Positions 26,340 to 34,353 of a DNA stretch of 42,213 nt are shown here, piece after piece (the first letter of the stretch is position 1; every line of letters begins with the position of its first letter). Origin of the DNA: an uncultured bacterium (GTDB taxonomy: Bacteria > Patescibacteriota > Dojkabacteria > J137); contig OY969472.1 of NCBI GenBank assembly GCA_963700155.1, forward strand, positions 132,058-174,270. Reading direction: 5' to 3'. The position numbers and the translations under genes were made by a program. The notes beneath the pieces were generated by a model. The model had not been told where the DNA came from and searched no databases. It was given only the letters and a program-made list of their open reading frames with translations.

Positions 26340-27192
26340 GAGTCGGCCTTTCTAAATAAAAATTATAATTATTTTCTTTCTCCAGAAATTGTAAGACTTC
26401 TTTCGGGTCTTCTACATAAAGAATAATATCTCCAATTGTATATTCACTCTTCTTTACACTTTTCAAATTCTTGACTTTTTGATAGAAATCTTTAGTTGAA
26501 TTTTCTATTCTAAATCTCTTCAAAGATTTCTTTAAAATATCAGTAGTTTTTCCACTGAAAATTATCTTACCTTCTTTTATCATGATTACTCTGTCGCATA
26601 TATTTTCAACTTCAGCTAAATTGTGTGAAGATAAAAATACAGCTCCGTTGGAGTCTTTAACCTGACGAATTAAATCAAGCACTTCCTTCTGAATTAACGG
26701 GTCGAGTCCAGATGTAGGCTCGTCTAAGATTAATAAATCCGGCTTATGAATTAAAGATTGAATAATACCAACCTTTCTTTTATTCCCAAGCGAAAGCTTT
26801 TTTATTTTCATATCTAAATCAAGCTTAAAATTTGTTGCTAATACATCGATATTATCATTTTCAGTCTCATATAAAGCTTTCGCGTAGGTTAGCAACTGTC
26901 TAGCTGTTAATGAATCATATAATCCACCTTCTGAAGGAAGAGAGCCTATTTTTTCTGAAATTTTAATATAATCACTTTCAGCTTTTATTTCATGTCCAAA
27001 TAAATAATAAGATCCATGATCAGGATGAATAAGATGAGTAATCATATTCAATGTTGTAGTTTTTCCTGCTCCATTAGGACCAATAAAACCAACAATTTCA
27101 TTAGGAAAGATTTCAATATTAATATCAATCGCACCTCTTCCTTCTCCATAATCTTTGGTAAGGTTGTCTGTTTGTAGTAATGCTTGAGTCAT
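26311..27192 (-). CDS. ABC transporter ATP-binding protein
   Basis: Walker A GPNGAGKTT, signature LSLGNKRKV, Walker B LLILDEPTSGLD, H-loop SSHNL. Confidence 0.9.
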   Translation of the reverse strand: MTQALLQTDNLTKDYGEGRGAIDINIEIFPNEIVGFIGPNGAGKTTTLNMITHLIHPDHGSYYLFGHEIKAESDYIKISEKIGSLPSEGGLYDSLTARQLLTYAKALYETENDNIDVLATNFKLDLDMKIKKLSLGNKRKVGIIQSLIHKPDLLILDEPTSGLDPLIQKEVLDLIRQVKDSNGAVFLSSHNLAEVENICDRVIMIKEGKIIFSGKTTDILKKSLKRFRIENSTKDFYQKVKNLKSVKKSEYTIGDIILYVEDPKEVLQFLEKENNYNFYLERPTLEEAFADYY

Positions 27193-27397
27193 GAGGATAT
27201 TATATCTCTAGAAATAATTTTTTGATATAACTTACAAAAGTTTAGATTTAAAGTAAAATTATTATTAAGATTCTTGTTCTGGTAATCCACCTTCATATGG
27301 ATTAAGATTAGAACTCAGTTCTGGTGACCTTGTGAGGATTAGTGTAAATCTTTCTAGAGCTTATAAATAATAATTTTCAGTTATAGTACAAATAAAT

Positions 27398-28066
27398 TTA
27401 TGATTCTTTCTGATTTGGATTTACATACATAACTTCAATCATTTTCTGCTCTGCTTCTTCTAAACCTTTTACGACATAATTTTTTAAGACATCCATACTA
27501 CATTGCATTAGGTCTGATCTAAAATATTCCACTGTCTCCGGTGCAAAGTCTCCCCCAGGTTCTACATATGCATGTGAACGAAGCACTGAATATCGATTTC
27601 CCTTACTTATTAAATTCTCCCAAGATATAGTAAAAAAAGTCGAAAAATAGTGATGTTTACAAAGTTCTAGGTATCTAATTAAGATTTCTTCAGTAAGCTC
27701 AGCTTTTTCATCATAGTTATTGAATCCTTGTTCCCTTGCCTTTACTTCTTTGATTGTGTCTTTAATATTATTTAGTTCTTCATCTGTTAATGAATAAAAA
27801 ACCAAATATCTCAGTTGAAATTCTTGGAATGATTCTGAATTAGGATTTGAATCTAACATTCCTTTATATTCTGCAGTTCTACGATCTTGTCCCATATTTA
27901 TATAACGATCGACTATTTCTTCGGTTGTCCAAAGATTAGCTACAGCAGCTATATATTCTTCACCATGAAGTGTTCTTAATTTTGTAACTAATTCATCTAC
28001 TTGTAATTGAAGTTCTACTTTTGAGAGTGGTTGAAATACTGAGTCATCTAATTGCCCATCTGCCAT
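27398..28066 (-). CDS. hypothetical protein
   Basis: 222-aa acidic helical ORF, divergent from the HExxH gene. No motif recognised. Confidence 0.5.
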   Translation of the reverse strand: MADGQLDDSVFQPLSKVELQLQVDELVTKLRTLHGEEYIAAVANLWTTEEIVDRYINMGQDRRTAEYKGMLDSNPNSESFQEFQLRYLVFYSLTDEELNNIKDTIKEVKAREQGFNNYDEKAELTEEILIRYLELCKHHYFSTFFTISWENLISKGNRYSVLRSHAYVEPGGDFAPETVEYFRSDLMQCSMDVLKNYVVKGLEEAEQKMIEVMYVNPNQKES

Positions 28067-28173
28067 AATTAAGTAAATAAGAAGTATATAACTAATATAA
28101 CTTTTTTATGAGGGAATTAGAAGTAATTTTTGACCCTACGATGATGGATGTCGAACTTTAGTGAATATTTAAG

Positions 28174-28179
28174 TATAAT
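28174..28179 (+). promoter_or_regulatory. -10 box (TATAAT) 6 nt upstream of the ATG; implies a leaderless mRNA
   Basis: aagTATAATctatgcATG. No SD. Confidence 0.4.
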
Positions 28180-28185
28180 CTATGC

Positions 28186-28887
28186 ATGACTCCTAAAGTA
28201 AAATTCGATTTAAACAAAGAACTTGATATTCAAATGACTTACAACTTTCTAGGCTGGAGCATCGGAGGAGTAAATTTTGATGAGAGTATTTTCGGTACCA
28301 ATCCGGGACTAAGAGATGTAGATACAAACAATATTTATGAGATAGATAAATATTTTTCTAAGGAATACACCAAACAAAAAGATATTCTTAATAGAGCTGT
28401 CCATATAGCAAATTCAATATGGGAACCAATTGAATCTGAATTTTTACATAAAATTTTAGAGGTTTTTAAGGGCTATGAATTTCCTGCGGGGAAATATATA
28501 TGCTACTTGTCTATTACTGACTGTAATCCTAGATTTTTAGAGGATAAAACTTTTCAAATGTACTACAAAGCAATGGTACCAACGCGGACCATCTCACATG
28601 AATTAACTCATTTTCTTTTTTATGATTATACTTTAAATAAGCATGCTAATATCTTTGCGGGACTTAATCCTAATAAGGGGATCTACTGGTCTTTGGCAGA
28701 ACTATTCAATAATGTGATTCTTTCTCAGGATGAGTTTGTAAAATTGCTCAATAATTATGGCGATGGTGCATATCCTAATCACGAGAAACACTTTAAGCCA
28801 TTAGTAGATTTATGGGATAAAAGTATGGATATAGATGTTTTTATTCCTAAAGCTTTTAAGTACTTGAAAGAGAATTTAGAAAAATGA
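28186..28887 (+). CDS. hypothetical protein with HExxH motif (putative zinc metallopeptidase-like)
   Basis: TISHELTHFLFYD contains HELTH. No other signature recognised. Confidence 0.5.
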   Translation: MTPKVKFDLNKELDIQMTYNFLGWSIGGVNFDESIFGTNPGLRDVDTNNIYEIDKYFSKEYTKQKDILNRAVHIANSIWEPIESEFLHKILEVFKGYEFPAGKYICYLSITDCNPRFLEDKTFQMYYKAMVPTRTISHELTHFLFYDYTLNKHANIFAGLNPNKGIYWSLAELFNNVILSQDEFVKLLNNYGDGAYPNHEKHFKPLVDLWDKSMDIDVFIPKAFKYLKENLEK

Positions 28888-28956
28888 CCCTACCGGGAAT
28901 CGAACCCGAATTTACAGATTGAGAATCTGCTGTCCTAACCGTTAGACGATAGGGCC
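28885..28956 (-). tRNA. tRNA-Glu (anticodon CUC)
   Basis: Hand-folded 72-nt cloverleaf. Acceptor GGCCCTA/TAGGGTC. D arm GTCT-AACGGTTA-GGAC. Anticodon stem GCAGA/TCTGT with loop TTCTCAA. T arm TCGGG-TTCGATT-CCCGG. Its 3' end overlaps the TGA stop of the convergent CDS by 3 nt. Confidence 0.9.
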
Positions 28957-28984
28957 AATATATTAAAATATATTCTATCATTTA

Positions 28985-29072
28985 AACCCTTGGACCGTTA
29001 TCCCGATATATCGGGACTAAGATTTTCTAAGCTCGTTTTACTCGCTAAGAATCTCTTGAGGACGATAGGGCC
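28985..29072 (-). pseudogene. degenerate tRNA-Glu-like element (tRNA pseudogene or tRNA-derived structured RNA)
   Basis: The first 12 nt (GGCCCTATCGTC, 29072-29061) are identical to the tRNA-Glu 5' end (28956-28945). The AGATTCT of the anticodon arm is retained. The 3' AGGGTT can pair with the 5' GGCCCT. No D arm. The T-like hairpin is TCCCGA-TATA-TCGGGA. Confidence 0.35.
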
Positions 29073-29102
29073 GTAACGTAGATTTTTAAGTAGTTTTTAT
29101 AT

Positions 29103-29130
29103 GGCGGGAGGCGAAGCCTCCCGCCTTTTT
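29103..29130. terminator. GC-rich hairpin with T-run just 3' of nusA
   Basis: GGCGGGAGGC-GAA-GCCTCCCGCC followed by TTTTT on the plus strand and preceded by AAAAA on the minus-sense strand. Lies 11 nt beyond the nusA stop. Confidence 0.6.
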
Positions 29131-29140
29131 GTATCATTTC

Positions 29141-30367
29141 TTATTCCTCAGCTTCTTCTTCTCCTTCAACATCTTCACTTTCAACTTCAGGCTCACTCTC
29201 TACCTCTGTTTCTTCTTTTGCTTCAATATTCTCTTCTTCTGCATTTGCTTCTGATAAACTATTTTCTTGCTCACTTTCATTAGTCTTTTCTTCTTTAGGT
29301 TCATTTTCTTTCCCATTCTCACTTTTTATATCAATTTTCCAACCGGTTAACTTGTTTGCTAATCTAGCATTCTGTCCTTCTTTTCCAATTGCTAATGAAT
29401 ATTGTTCATCAGGGACAACAATTGTTGCAACTTGTTCTTTCTTACTTTCAATAATAATCTTAATAGATTCTGCTGGTCTAATTGAATTCATCAAGAATCT
29501 TTCAATATCTTCATCCCAAAGAATAATATCAATTTTTTCTTCATGATCACCTGATCTTAATTCATTTGAAATCGCATTAATTCTTACACCTTTTTGACCA
29601 ACGCATGAACCAATTGGGTCGACTCCTGTTGCATTTGATCTGACTGCAACTTTTGATCTTGAACCTGGTTCTCTTGCTATACTAACTATTTCTACAGATC
29701 CTGATTCTATCTCTGGAACTTCAATCTTGAACAACTCTTTTAAGAAGTTATTATCAGCTCTTGAAACCAACATATATCTTCCTCTTGTATCTTCCTCAAT
29801 TCCTTTTAAAAGAACTTTCAAAGTCCCTCCTAATTTATAGAATTCACTTGGAATTCTTTCAGATTTAGGCATAATTGCTCTTGCTTTACTAACTTCGCAA
29901 AGAATATCACCTTCTGGAAGAATTCTCTGAACAATAACACTAATTATTGTCCCTACTTTATTTTCAAATTGCTTTAATACAGCTTCTTTTTCAGATTCTC
30001 TTAATTTCTGTAATATTACTTGTCTCGCTGATTGTGCTGCAATTCTACCGAAATCTCCTTCTGCTGTTACATCAACTTTTACAGTTCCTCCTAATTTTAC
30101 TTTCGGATTAATCTTTTTTGCATCAGCTAAACTAATTTCAGTATCCTCATCAGGTTTGCCTGAAACAACTGTTTTGATGGCAAATACAGCAATCTGACCT
30201 ACTTCTGGATCAATATCAACTTCAAGATTATCTTTTTCTTCAAGACCTTTTTCTTCTCTATAACTTATTTTTATTCCTTCTTTTATTGCTTCAAGAATTT
30301 CATCAGCATTAATTTTTCTTTCTGCAGCAATTTGTCTTATTGCTGACATTATATCTGTCTGAGGCAT
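29141..30367 (-). CDS. nusA: transcription termination/antitermination factor NusA (with acidic C-terminal tail)
   Basis: N-terminal IRQIAAERKINADEILEAIKEGIK. S1 region (GTIISVIVQRI). Two KH regions (GSRSKVAVRS...DPIGSCVGQKGVRI; AIGKEGQNARLANKLTGWKIDI). Confidence 0.9.
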   Translation of the reverse strand: MPQTDIMSAIRQIAAERKINADEILEAIKEGIKISYREEKGLEEKDNLEVDIDPEVGQIAVFAIKTVVSGKPDEDTEISLADAKKINPKVKLGGTVKVDVTAEGDFGRIAAQSARQVILQKLRESEKEAVLKQFENKVGTIISVIVQRILPEGDILCEVSKARAIMPKSERIPSEFYKLGGTLKVLLKGIEEDTRGRYMLVSRADNNFLKELFKIEVPEIESGSVEIVSIAREPGSRSKVAVRSNATGVDPIGSCVGQKGVRINAISNELRSGDHEEKIDIILWDEDIERFLMNSIRPAESIKIIIESKKEQVATIVVPDEQYSLAIGKEGQNARLANKLTGWKIDIKSENGKENEPKEEKTNESEQENSLSEANAEEENIEAKEETEVESEPEVESEDVEGEEEAEE

Positions 30368-30400
30368 AAGTTTGTGATTAATAGTTAATTATAAAAAAAA

Positions 30401-30547
30401 GCTGAGAGCAGTGTCTGCCAAACAAGGTAGACTAAAAGCTGACAGCTTTACTAGGCACAATTATATCATATTCTGAACAGTCGGGTAAGTGCCTGCGGCA
30501 CTTACCCGACTTAAGAACTCAATCGTCCTAAACTCCTAGCTCTCAGC
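30401..30547 (-). promoter_or_regulatory. structured, relatively GC-rich nusA upstream region (candidate leader/attenuator or small RNA)
   Basis: 9-bp distal pairing GCTGAGAGC (30401-30409) / GCTCTCAGC (30539-30547). 14-bp perfect hairpin at 30480-30510. Hairpin AAAGCTGACAGCTTT at 30435-30449. Minus-sense GCTCTCAGC is followed by T8 (30393-30400). Minus-strand TGATATAAT at 30460-30468. Confidence 0.45.
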
Positions 30548-30583
30548 AACTTTCTATTGTAAAATCAAACTGATAATTTTAAT

Positions 30584-31126
30584 TTGAATTTAATGAATGA
30601 AGATCATACTTTGATTAATCCTACTCCTGAAGACTTTTCTGAAAGTGATTTGCAGAAAAGCGATGAAGAGAATCTTTATACTAAAGATCAGTTAGAAATG
30701 GAGTTATATTCTCCTTCTGATAAAATTCAAAAATGGGTCGCAATTTCAAAGATGAATTTAAAAAAAAGAAATGAACTTTTAGAAATTTCTATGCTTTGGA
30801 AGTCTCCTGCATTACCTTTTGCAATAACTTCACTTGTTCTAGATTTATTAATTCTAATTATCGGAGGTATTATTGCATTTAACAATATTCCACCAAAAAT
30901 ACCTTTATTTTATAATTCAGCTGATAAAAAATGGGAACAAACAGATAAATCAATAATATTTATCTTCCCAATCTTTTTATTTATTATTGAAGCTATAACA
31001 ATAAACTTTGTTATCAAAATCTTTAGATATGATCGAAGATTAAGTATGGTATCTTTTTGGATATTAACTCTTTTAAATATTTTAATATTTATAATTATTG
31101 CTCAGTTTTACTCATTATTAACTTAA
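30584..31126 (+). CDS. hypothetical membrane protein (3 TM)
   Basis: The track start is TTG. The ATG at 30593 is more likely. Acidic N-terminus followed by three hydrophobic helices. Confidence 0.55.
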   Translation: MNLMNEDHTLINPTPEDFSESDLQKSDEENLYTKDQLEMELYSPSDKIQKWVAISKMNLKKRNELLEISMLWKSPALPFAITSLVLDLLILIIGGIIAFNNIPPKIPLFYNSADKKWEQTDKSIIFIFPIFLFIIEAITINFVIKIFRYDRRLSMVSFWILTLLNILIFIIIAQFYSLLT

Positions 31127-31135
31127 ATAGAAAGC

Positions 31136-32377
31136 ATGAATATCTTTAGCAATCATTACTTAATCGAAAATTTATCTAATCTTTTTTCTGCAGGACTATT
31201 AGCTTTTATTATTGCATTCCTTTTTACACCAATTGCTGGGAAAATTGCTTATGCTATAGGAGCAGTGGATCTTCCTGCAACTTTAAGAAATAAAACCGAA
31301 AGAGGTTTTAAAACCAGACTTCAGGAAGTTGCTGTTCCAAGATTAGGTGGATTAGCTATGGTTATTGCTATAATCATAGTATTACTTGCTACAAACAGTT
31401 TTGGAGTTTTACCAAAAGGAATAGTGCTTGGAGGAGCAATAATTATTATATTAGGATTCCTTGATGATACTTTTGAATTAGACGGAAGAATACAAATTCT
31501 TTTTCAAATTGCAGCAGCAGCTGTAGTTGTAATATCTGGAATTTCTATAACAAATATTCACTTTCTTGGGACACAAATTAATTTTAACTTATTCTCTGCT
31601 GTAATAGATTTTTTAGGATTCACTTATAATTTTATATTTCCAGCTGACTTAATTACTTTGCTTTGGATTGTAGGATTAATAAATGTTATAAACTGGGTCG
31701 GCGGTATTGATGGATTGAATGGATCCATAAGCAGTCTTGCAGCATTTACTCTTTTATTGTTTGCAATTTCAAGTGGGAATATCCCTTTGGCAATAATAAT
31801 ATCAATTCATTTAGGCAGCATTTTGGGAGTCTTACCATACAATTACAATCCAGCAAGAATTTATTATGGTATGGGAGATTACATAAATGGTTATATGTTG
31901 GCAGTTTTTGCAATTTTGGGAAGTACTAGATGGACTGCAACTCTTGTTCTTTTAGGTTTACCAATTGTTGATGGATTACTTGTATTTTTTATGCGGTTTA
32001 GATCTCATCCAGAATTAAGGAAAAGTCCTTGGAAGATTCTAGGAGTGAGTGATACTAATCATTTACATCATAGATTATTAGCAGCAGGATATTCAAAAAA
32101 GGCTGTTATGTTAGTTGAAGTTTCTATAATGACAGTACTTTGTACAATAGCAATTGTCTTTGGAGATATTAGAACTGATGTTACAGCATTTGTGATTGCA
32201 ACAGCTGTAATCTTCATAACATTTAGTGCAATATTTGTTCTTAAACAACGTAATGAAAAGAATCAAAAGTTAGATCTTCTAGGAAAATTAGAGGAAGAAG
32301 AGGAATTACCTAAAAAAGAGGCAGTTGTTACTACAATCAATGAAGAAGATGAATCTGATAAAAAGTTTATCTACTAA
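31136..32377 (+). CDS. polyprenyl-phosphate N-acetylhexosamine-1-phosphate transferase (MraY/WecA/TagO family)
   Basis: VPRLGGLAMVIA, GFLDDTFEL (DDxxD-type) and NVINWVGGIDGLNG motifs. 10-11 TM. Confidence 0.8.
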   Translation: MNIFSNHYLIENLSNLFSAGLLAFIIAFLFTPIAGKIAYAIGAVDLPATLRNKTERGFKTRLQEVAVPRLGGLAMVIAIIIVLLATNSFGVLPKGIVLGGAIIIILGFLDDTFELDGRIQILFQIAAAAVVVISGISITNIHFLGTQINFNLFSAVIDFLGFTYNFIFPADLITLLWIVGLINVINWVGGIDGLNGSISSLAAFTLLLFAISSGNIPLAIIISIHLGSILGVLPYNYNPARIYYGMGDYINGYMLAVFAILGSTRWTATLVLLGLPIVDGLLVFFMRFRSHPELRKSPWKILGVSDTNHLHHRLLAAGYSKKAVMLVEVSIMTVLCTIAIVFGDIRTDVTAFVIATAVIFITFSAIFVLKQRNEKNQKLDLLGKLEEEEELPKKEAVVTTINEEDESDKKFIY

Positions 32378-32432
32378 AAGTATTGAAGATTTCCAGGATT
32401 AATATATAATTAAATAAACAAGTAATAATTTT

Positions 32433-32438
32433 TATAAT
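32433..32438 (+). promoter_or_regulatory. -10 box (TATAAT) 7 nt upstream of the lemA ATG; implies a leaderless mRNA
   Basis: tttTATAATaaataatATG. No SD. Confidence 0.4.
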
Positions 32439-32445
32439 AAATAAT

Positions 32446-33024
32446 ATGGCATTAGGAGTATTAGGAATAATTGTCATCTGCATCGTACTGGTCGTTATTG
32501 CAGGAGCTGCGTTATATGTTTTAGGAGTATATAACTCTTTAAGAACACAGAATGTTCTTGTTGATGAAGGCTGGAGCGGAATTGATGTTTTGCTAAAAAA
32601 AAGATTCGATTTGATTCCGAATATTGTTGAGACAGTAAAAGGATATGCAAAACATGAGACAGGAATTTTTGAAAAAGTTGCAGAATTAAGATCGGGAATG
32701 ATGAATGCAAAAACACCTGAGGAAGTAGGAAAATATGAAGGTGAATTAAGAGGAACTCTTAAGACTTTATTTGCAGTTGCTGAAAACTATCCTGAATTAA
32801 AAGCTAATGAGAACTTTATGGGATTGCAAAAAAGTTTGCAACAAATTGAAGATGAACTAGAAAGTGCAAGAAGATACTACAATGGTGCAGTTAGAGATTT
32901 GAATGCAAAGATTGTTGTATTTCCAAACAGCGTTATTGCAAATATGTTTGGAATAAAAGCTAGACAATTCTTTGAAGTTGCTGATGCTGCTGAAAGAGAA
33001 AATGTAAAAGTTCAATTCAATTGA
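32446..33024 (+). CDS. lemA: LemA family protein
   Basis: N-terminal TM, then YNSLRTQNVLVDEGWSGIDVLLKKRFDLIPNIVETVKGYAKHE and RRYYNGAVRDLN, the characteristic LemA pattern. Confidence 0.85.
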   Translation: MALGVLGIIVICIVLVVIAGAALYVLGVYNSLRTQNVLVDEGWSGIDVLLKKRFDLIPNIVETVKGYAKHETGIFEKVAELRSGMMNAKTPEEVGKYEGELRGTLKTLFAVAENYPELKANENFMGLQKSLQQIEDELESARRYYNGAVRDLNAKIVVFPNSVIANMFGIKARQFFEVADAAERENVKVQFN

Positions 33025-33051
33025 CTTACTACTAAAAATTTTGCTATAAAT

Positions 33052-33076
33052 AGGCCGTTAATGAAATTAACGGCCT
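33052..33076. other. 11-bp hairpin between lemA and the 82-aa ORF (possible terminator)
   Basis: AGGCCGTTAAT-GAA-ATTAACGGCCT. It abuts the ATG at 33077. No plus-strand U-tract. Confidence 0.45.
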
Positions 33077-33325
33077 ATGAAAACACCAAACTTCGATATT
33101 AACAGAAAATTTGGAGTAAAAACTTCCGAAATTCCAGATTATGATCCAGAAAATTTTAATGGATGGTTTGAAATTATTTCACTATTTCAAAAAAAGGTTA
33201 GGTATGGGATAGCAATGGATCTTATATTAGAAGATTCTTTATATTTTTTTAAAGAAGAAAAACTAACTCAAATAATATTAAGTAAAAGAACATTAGAAGA
33301 GATACAAACTTATTCAAGCTATTGA
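33077..33325 (+). CDS. hypothetical small protein
   Basis: 82-aa ORF with native composition. No motif recognised. The start codon touches the hairpin. Confidence 0.4.
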   Translation: MKTPNFDINRKFGVKTSEIPDYDPENFNGWFEIISLFQKKVRYGIAMDLILEDSLYFFKEEKLTQIILSKRTLEEIQTYSSY

Positions 33326-33371
33326 GATTGTACAGCCCAGACTATTTAACGATGAAAGCTTAGAGGCATAA

Positions 33372-34241
33372 TTATTGATTTTTATATCTTGAGTTTTCCT
33401 TACAATCCTCACAACAGCCACCTTCAAATTTTTTATCGCATTCTTCACAACAGATAAATTGTTTATTACATTTTGCATTGCAGCAGTTTATATACCTTGC
33501 AACTTTTTTGCCGCAGTGGTGGCATTCACTTATAATTTCTGGATTAACAAAATTAACAGGAACATTAATTCTGTTATCAAAAACATACATTTCGCCTTCA
33601 AAATTTTTTCCTCCAGCAAGTTCAGAATATCTGTGAATGCCACCATGTAACTGCTTCACATCTTCTATTCCCCGATCTATTAAGAATGCTGAAAGTTTCT
33701 CACACCTTATTCCTCCTGTGCAATATGTAACAATTTTTTTATTTTTAAATAATTCTTTATTTTTTTCATACCATTCAGGAAAATCTCTAAAGTTTTTTAT
33801 TTCAGGTACAATTGCATTTTTAAATTTCCCAATTCTTCCTTCATATTCATTTCTACCATCCAATATTACGAACTCTGCTCCATTTTCATACAGTTCTTTT
33901 AATTCTTTTGGCTCAATATATTCTGCTGATTTATTTAAATCTACTTTGGTTTTGAAACTTACAATTTCATCACGAATAACCACTCTTAATTTAGGAAAAG
34001 GATTTTCAGTAGCCTCAGAAACCTTCCACTCTATCTTTCCAATTTCTGGATATTCTTCAGTTGCTTTCATATATTCATCTACTTTTTCTGGTTGACCTGC
34101 TAAAGTACCATTCAAACCTTCTTTAGATATCAAAATCCTACCTTTTAATTCAAACTTTGAACAAAACTGATGCTGAAAATCCCTAAATGCTTTAGGATCT
34201 GAAATATTTATAAATTTGTAATATAGAAGTACTTTAAACAT
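33372..34241 (-). CDS. trhO: rhodanese-domain tRNA uridine(34) hydroxylase TrhO (UPF0176/YceA family) with Cys-rich C-terminus
   Basis: Starts MFKVLLYYKF..., then ILISKEGLNGTLAG. Rhodanese active-site loop YCTGGIRCEK. C-terminal CxxC clusters. Minus-strand TGATATAAT at 34250-34258 ends 8 nt from the ATG. Confidence 0.8.
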   Translation of the reverse strand: MFKVLLYYKFINISDPKAFRDFQHQFCSKFELKGRILISKEGLNGTLAGQPEKVDEYMKATEEYPEIGKIEWKVSEATENPFPKLRVVIRDEIVSFKTKVDLNKSAEYIEPKELKELYENGAEFVILDGRNEYEGRIGKFKNAIVPEIKNFRDFPEWYEKNKELFKNKKIVTYCTGGIRCEKLSAFLIDRGIEDVKQLHGGIHRYSELAGGKNFEGEMYVFDNRINVPVNFVNPEIISECHHCGKKVARYINCCNAKCNKQFICCEECDKKFEGGCCEDCKENSRYKNQ

Positions 34242-34353
34242 AACTGAAAATTATATCATGAAGATTTTGAAATTTTTCTTCACTACCTGAGGAACGGGTG
34301 TTTAAAAGTTGAATTTTTAGTTTGCCCAAAACTTGACCAATTCTGTACCAAAA

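Noticed and set aside
28985-29072. A functional extra tRNA (long variable arm or intron-containing) upstream of tRNA-Glu.
   Set aside because: No D arm can be drawn, the T-like hairpin lacks the TTCRA loop, and the anticodon-stem halves are split by about 30 nt with no recognisable intron type. It is reported only as a degenerate tRNA-like element.
29101-29283. 60-aa Leu-rich ORF at the 3' end of nusA.
   Set aside because: It is the antisense shadow of the Glu-rich acidic tail of NusA (GAA/GAG read backwards gives Leu/Phe/Ser codons) and begins inside the terminator hairpin.
30401-30547. SRP (4.5S) RNA or 6S RNA in the nusA upstream region.
   Set aside because: There is no GGAA-capped domain IV or AGCA/GGA symmetric-loop motif for SRP RNA. 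The strong hairpin is off-centre and the arms are unequal (about 70 versus 28 nt), unlike the single long interrupted hairpin of 6S RNA.
33459-34095. ORFs antisense to trhO (33459-33650, 33637-34095). Similar antisense or overlapping ORFs occur at 2639-2821, 9782-10087, 13980-14168, 16685-17005, 20398-20766, 22247-22510, 23624-23806, 29352-29546, 32495-32716, 34523-34759, 36618-36806, 40161-40352 and 41613-41861.
   Set aside because: Each lies inside or opposite a longer ORF with recognisable motifs or clear membrane topology. Their translations are low-complexity (F/I/L/S-rich) shadows.
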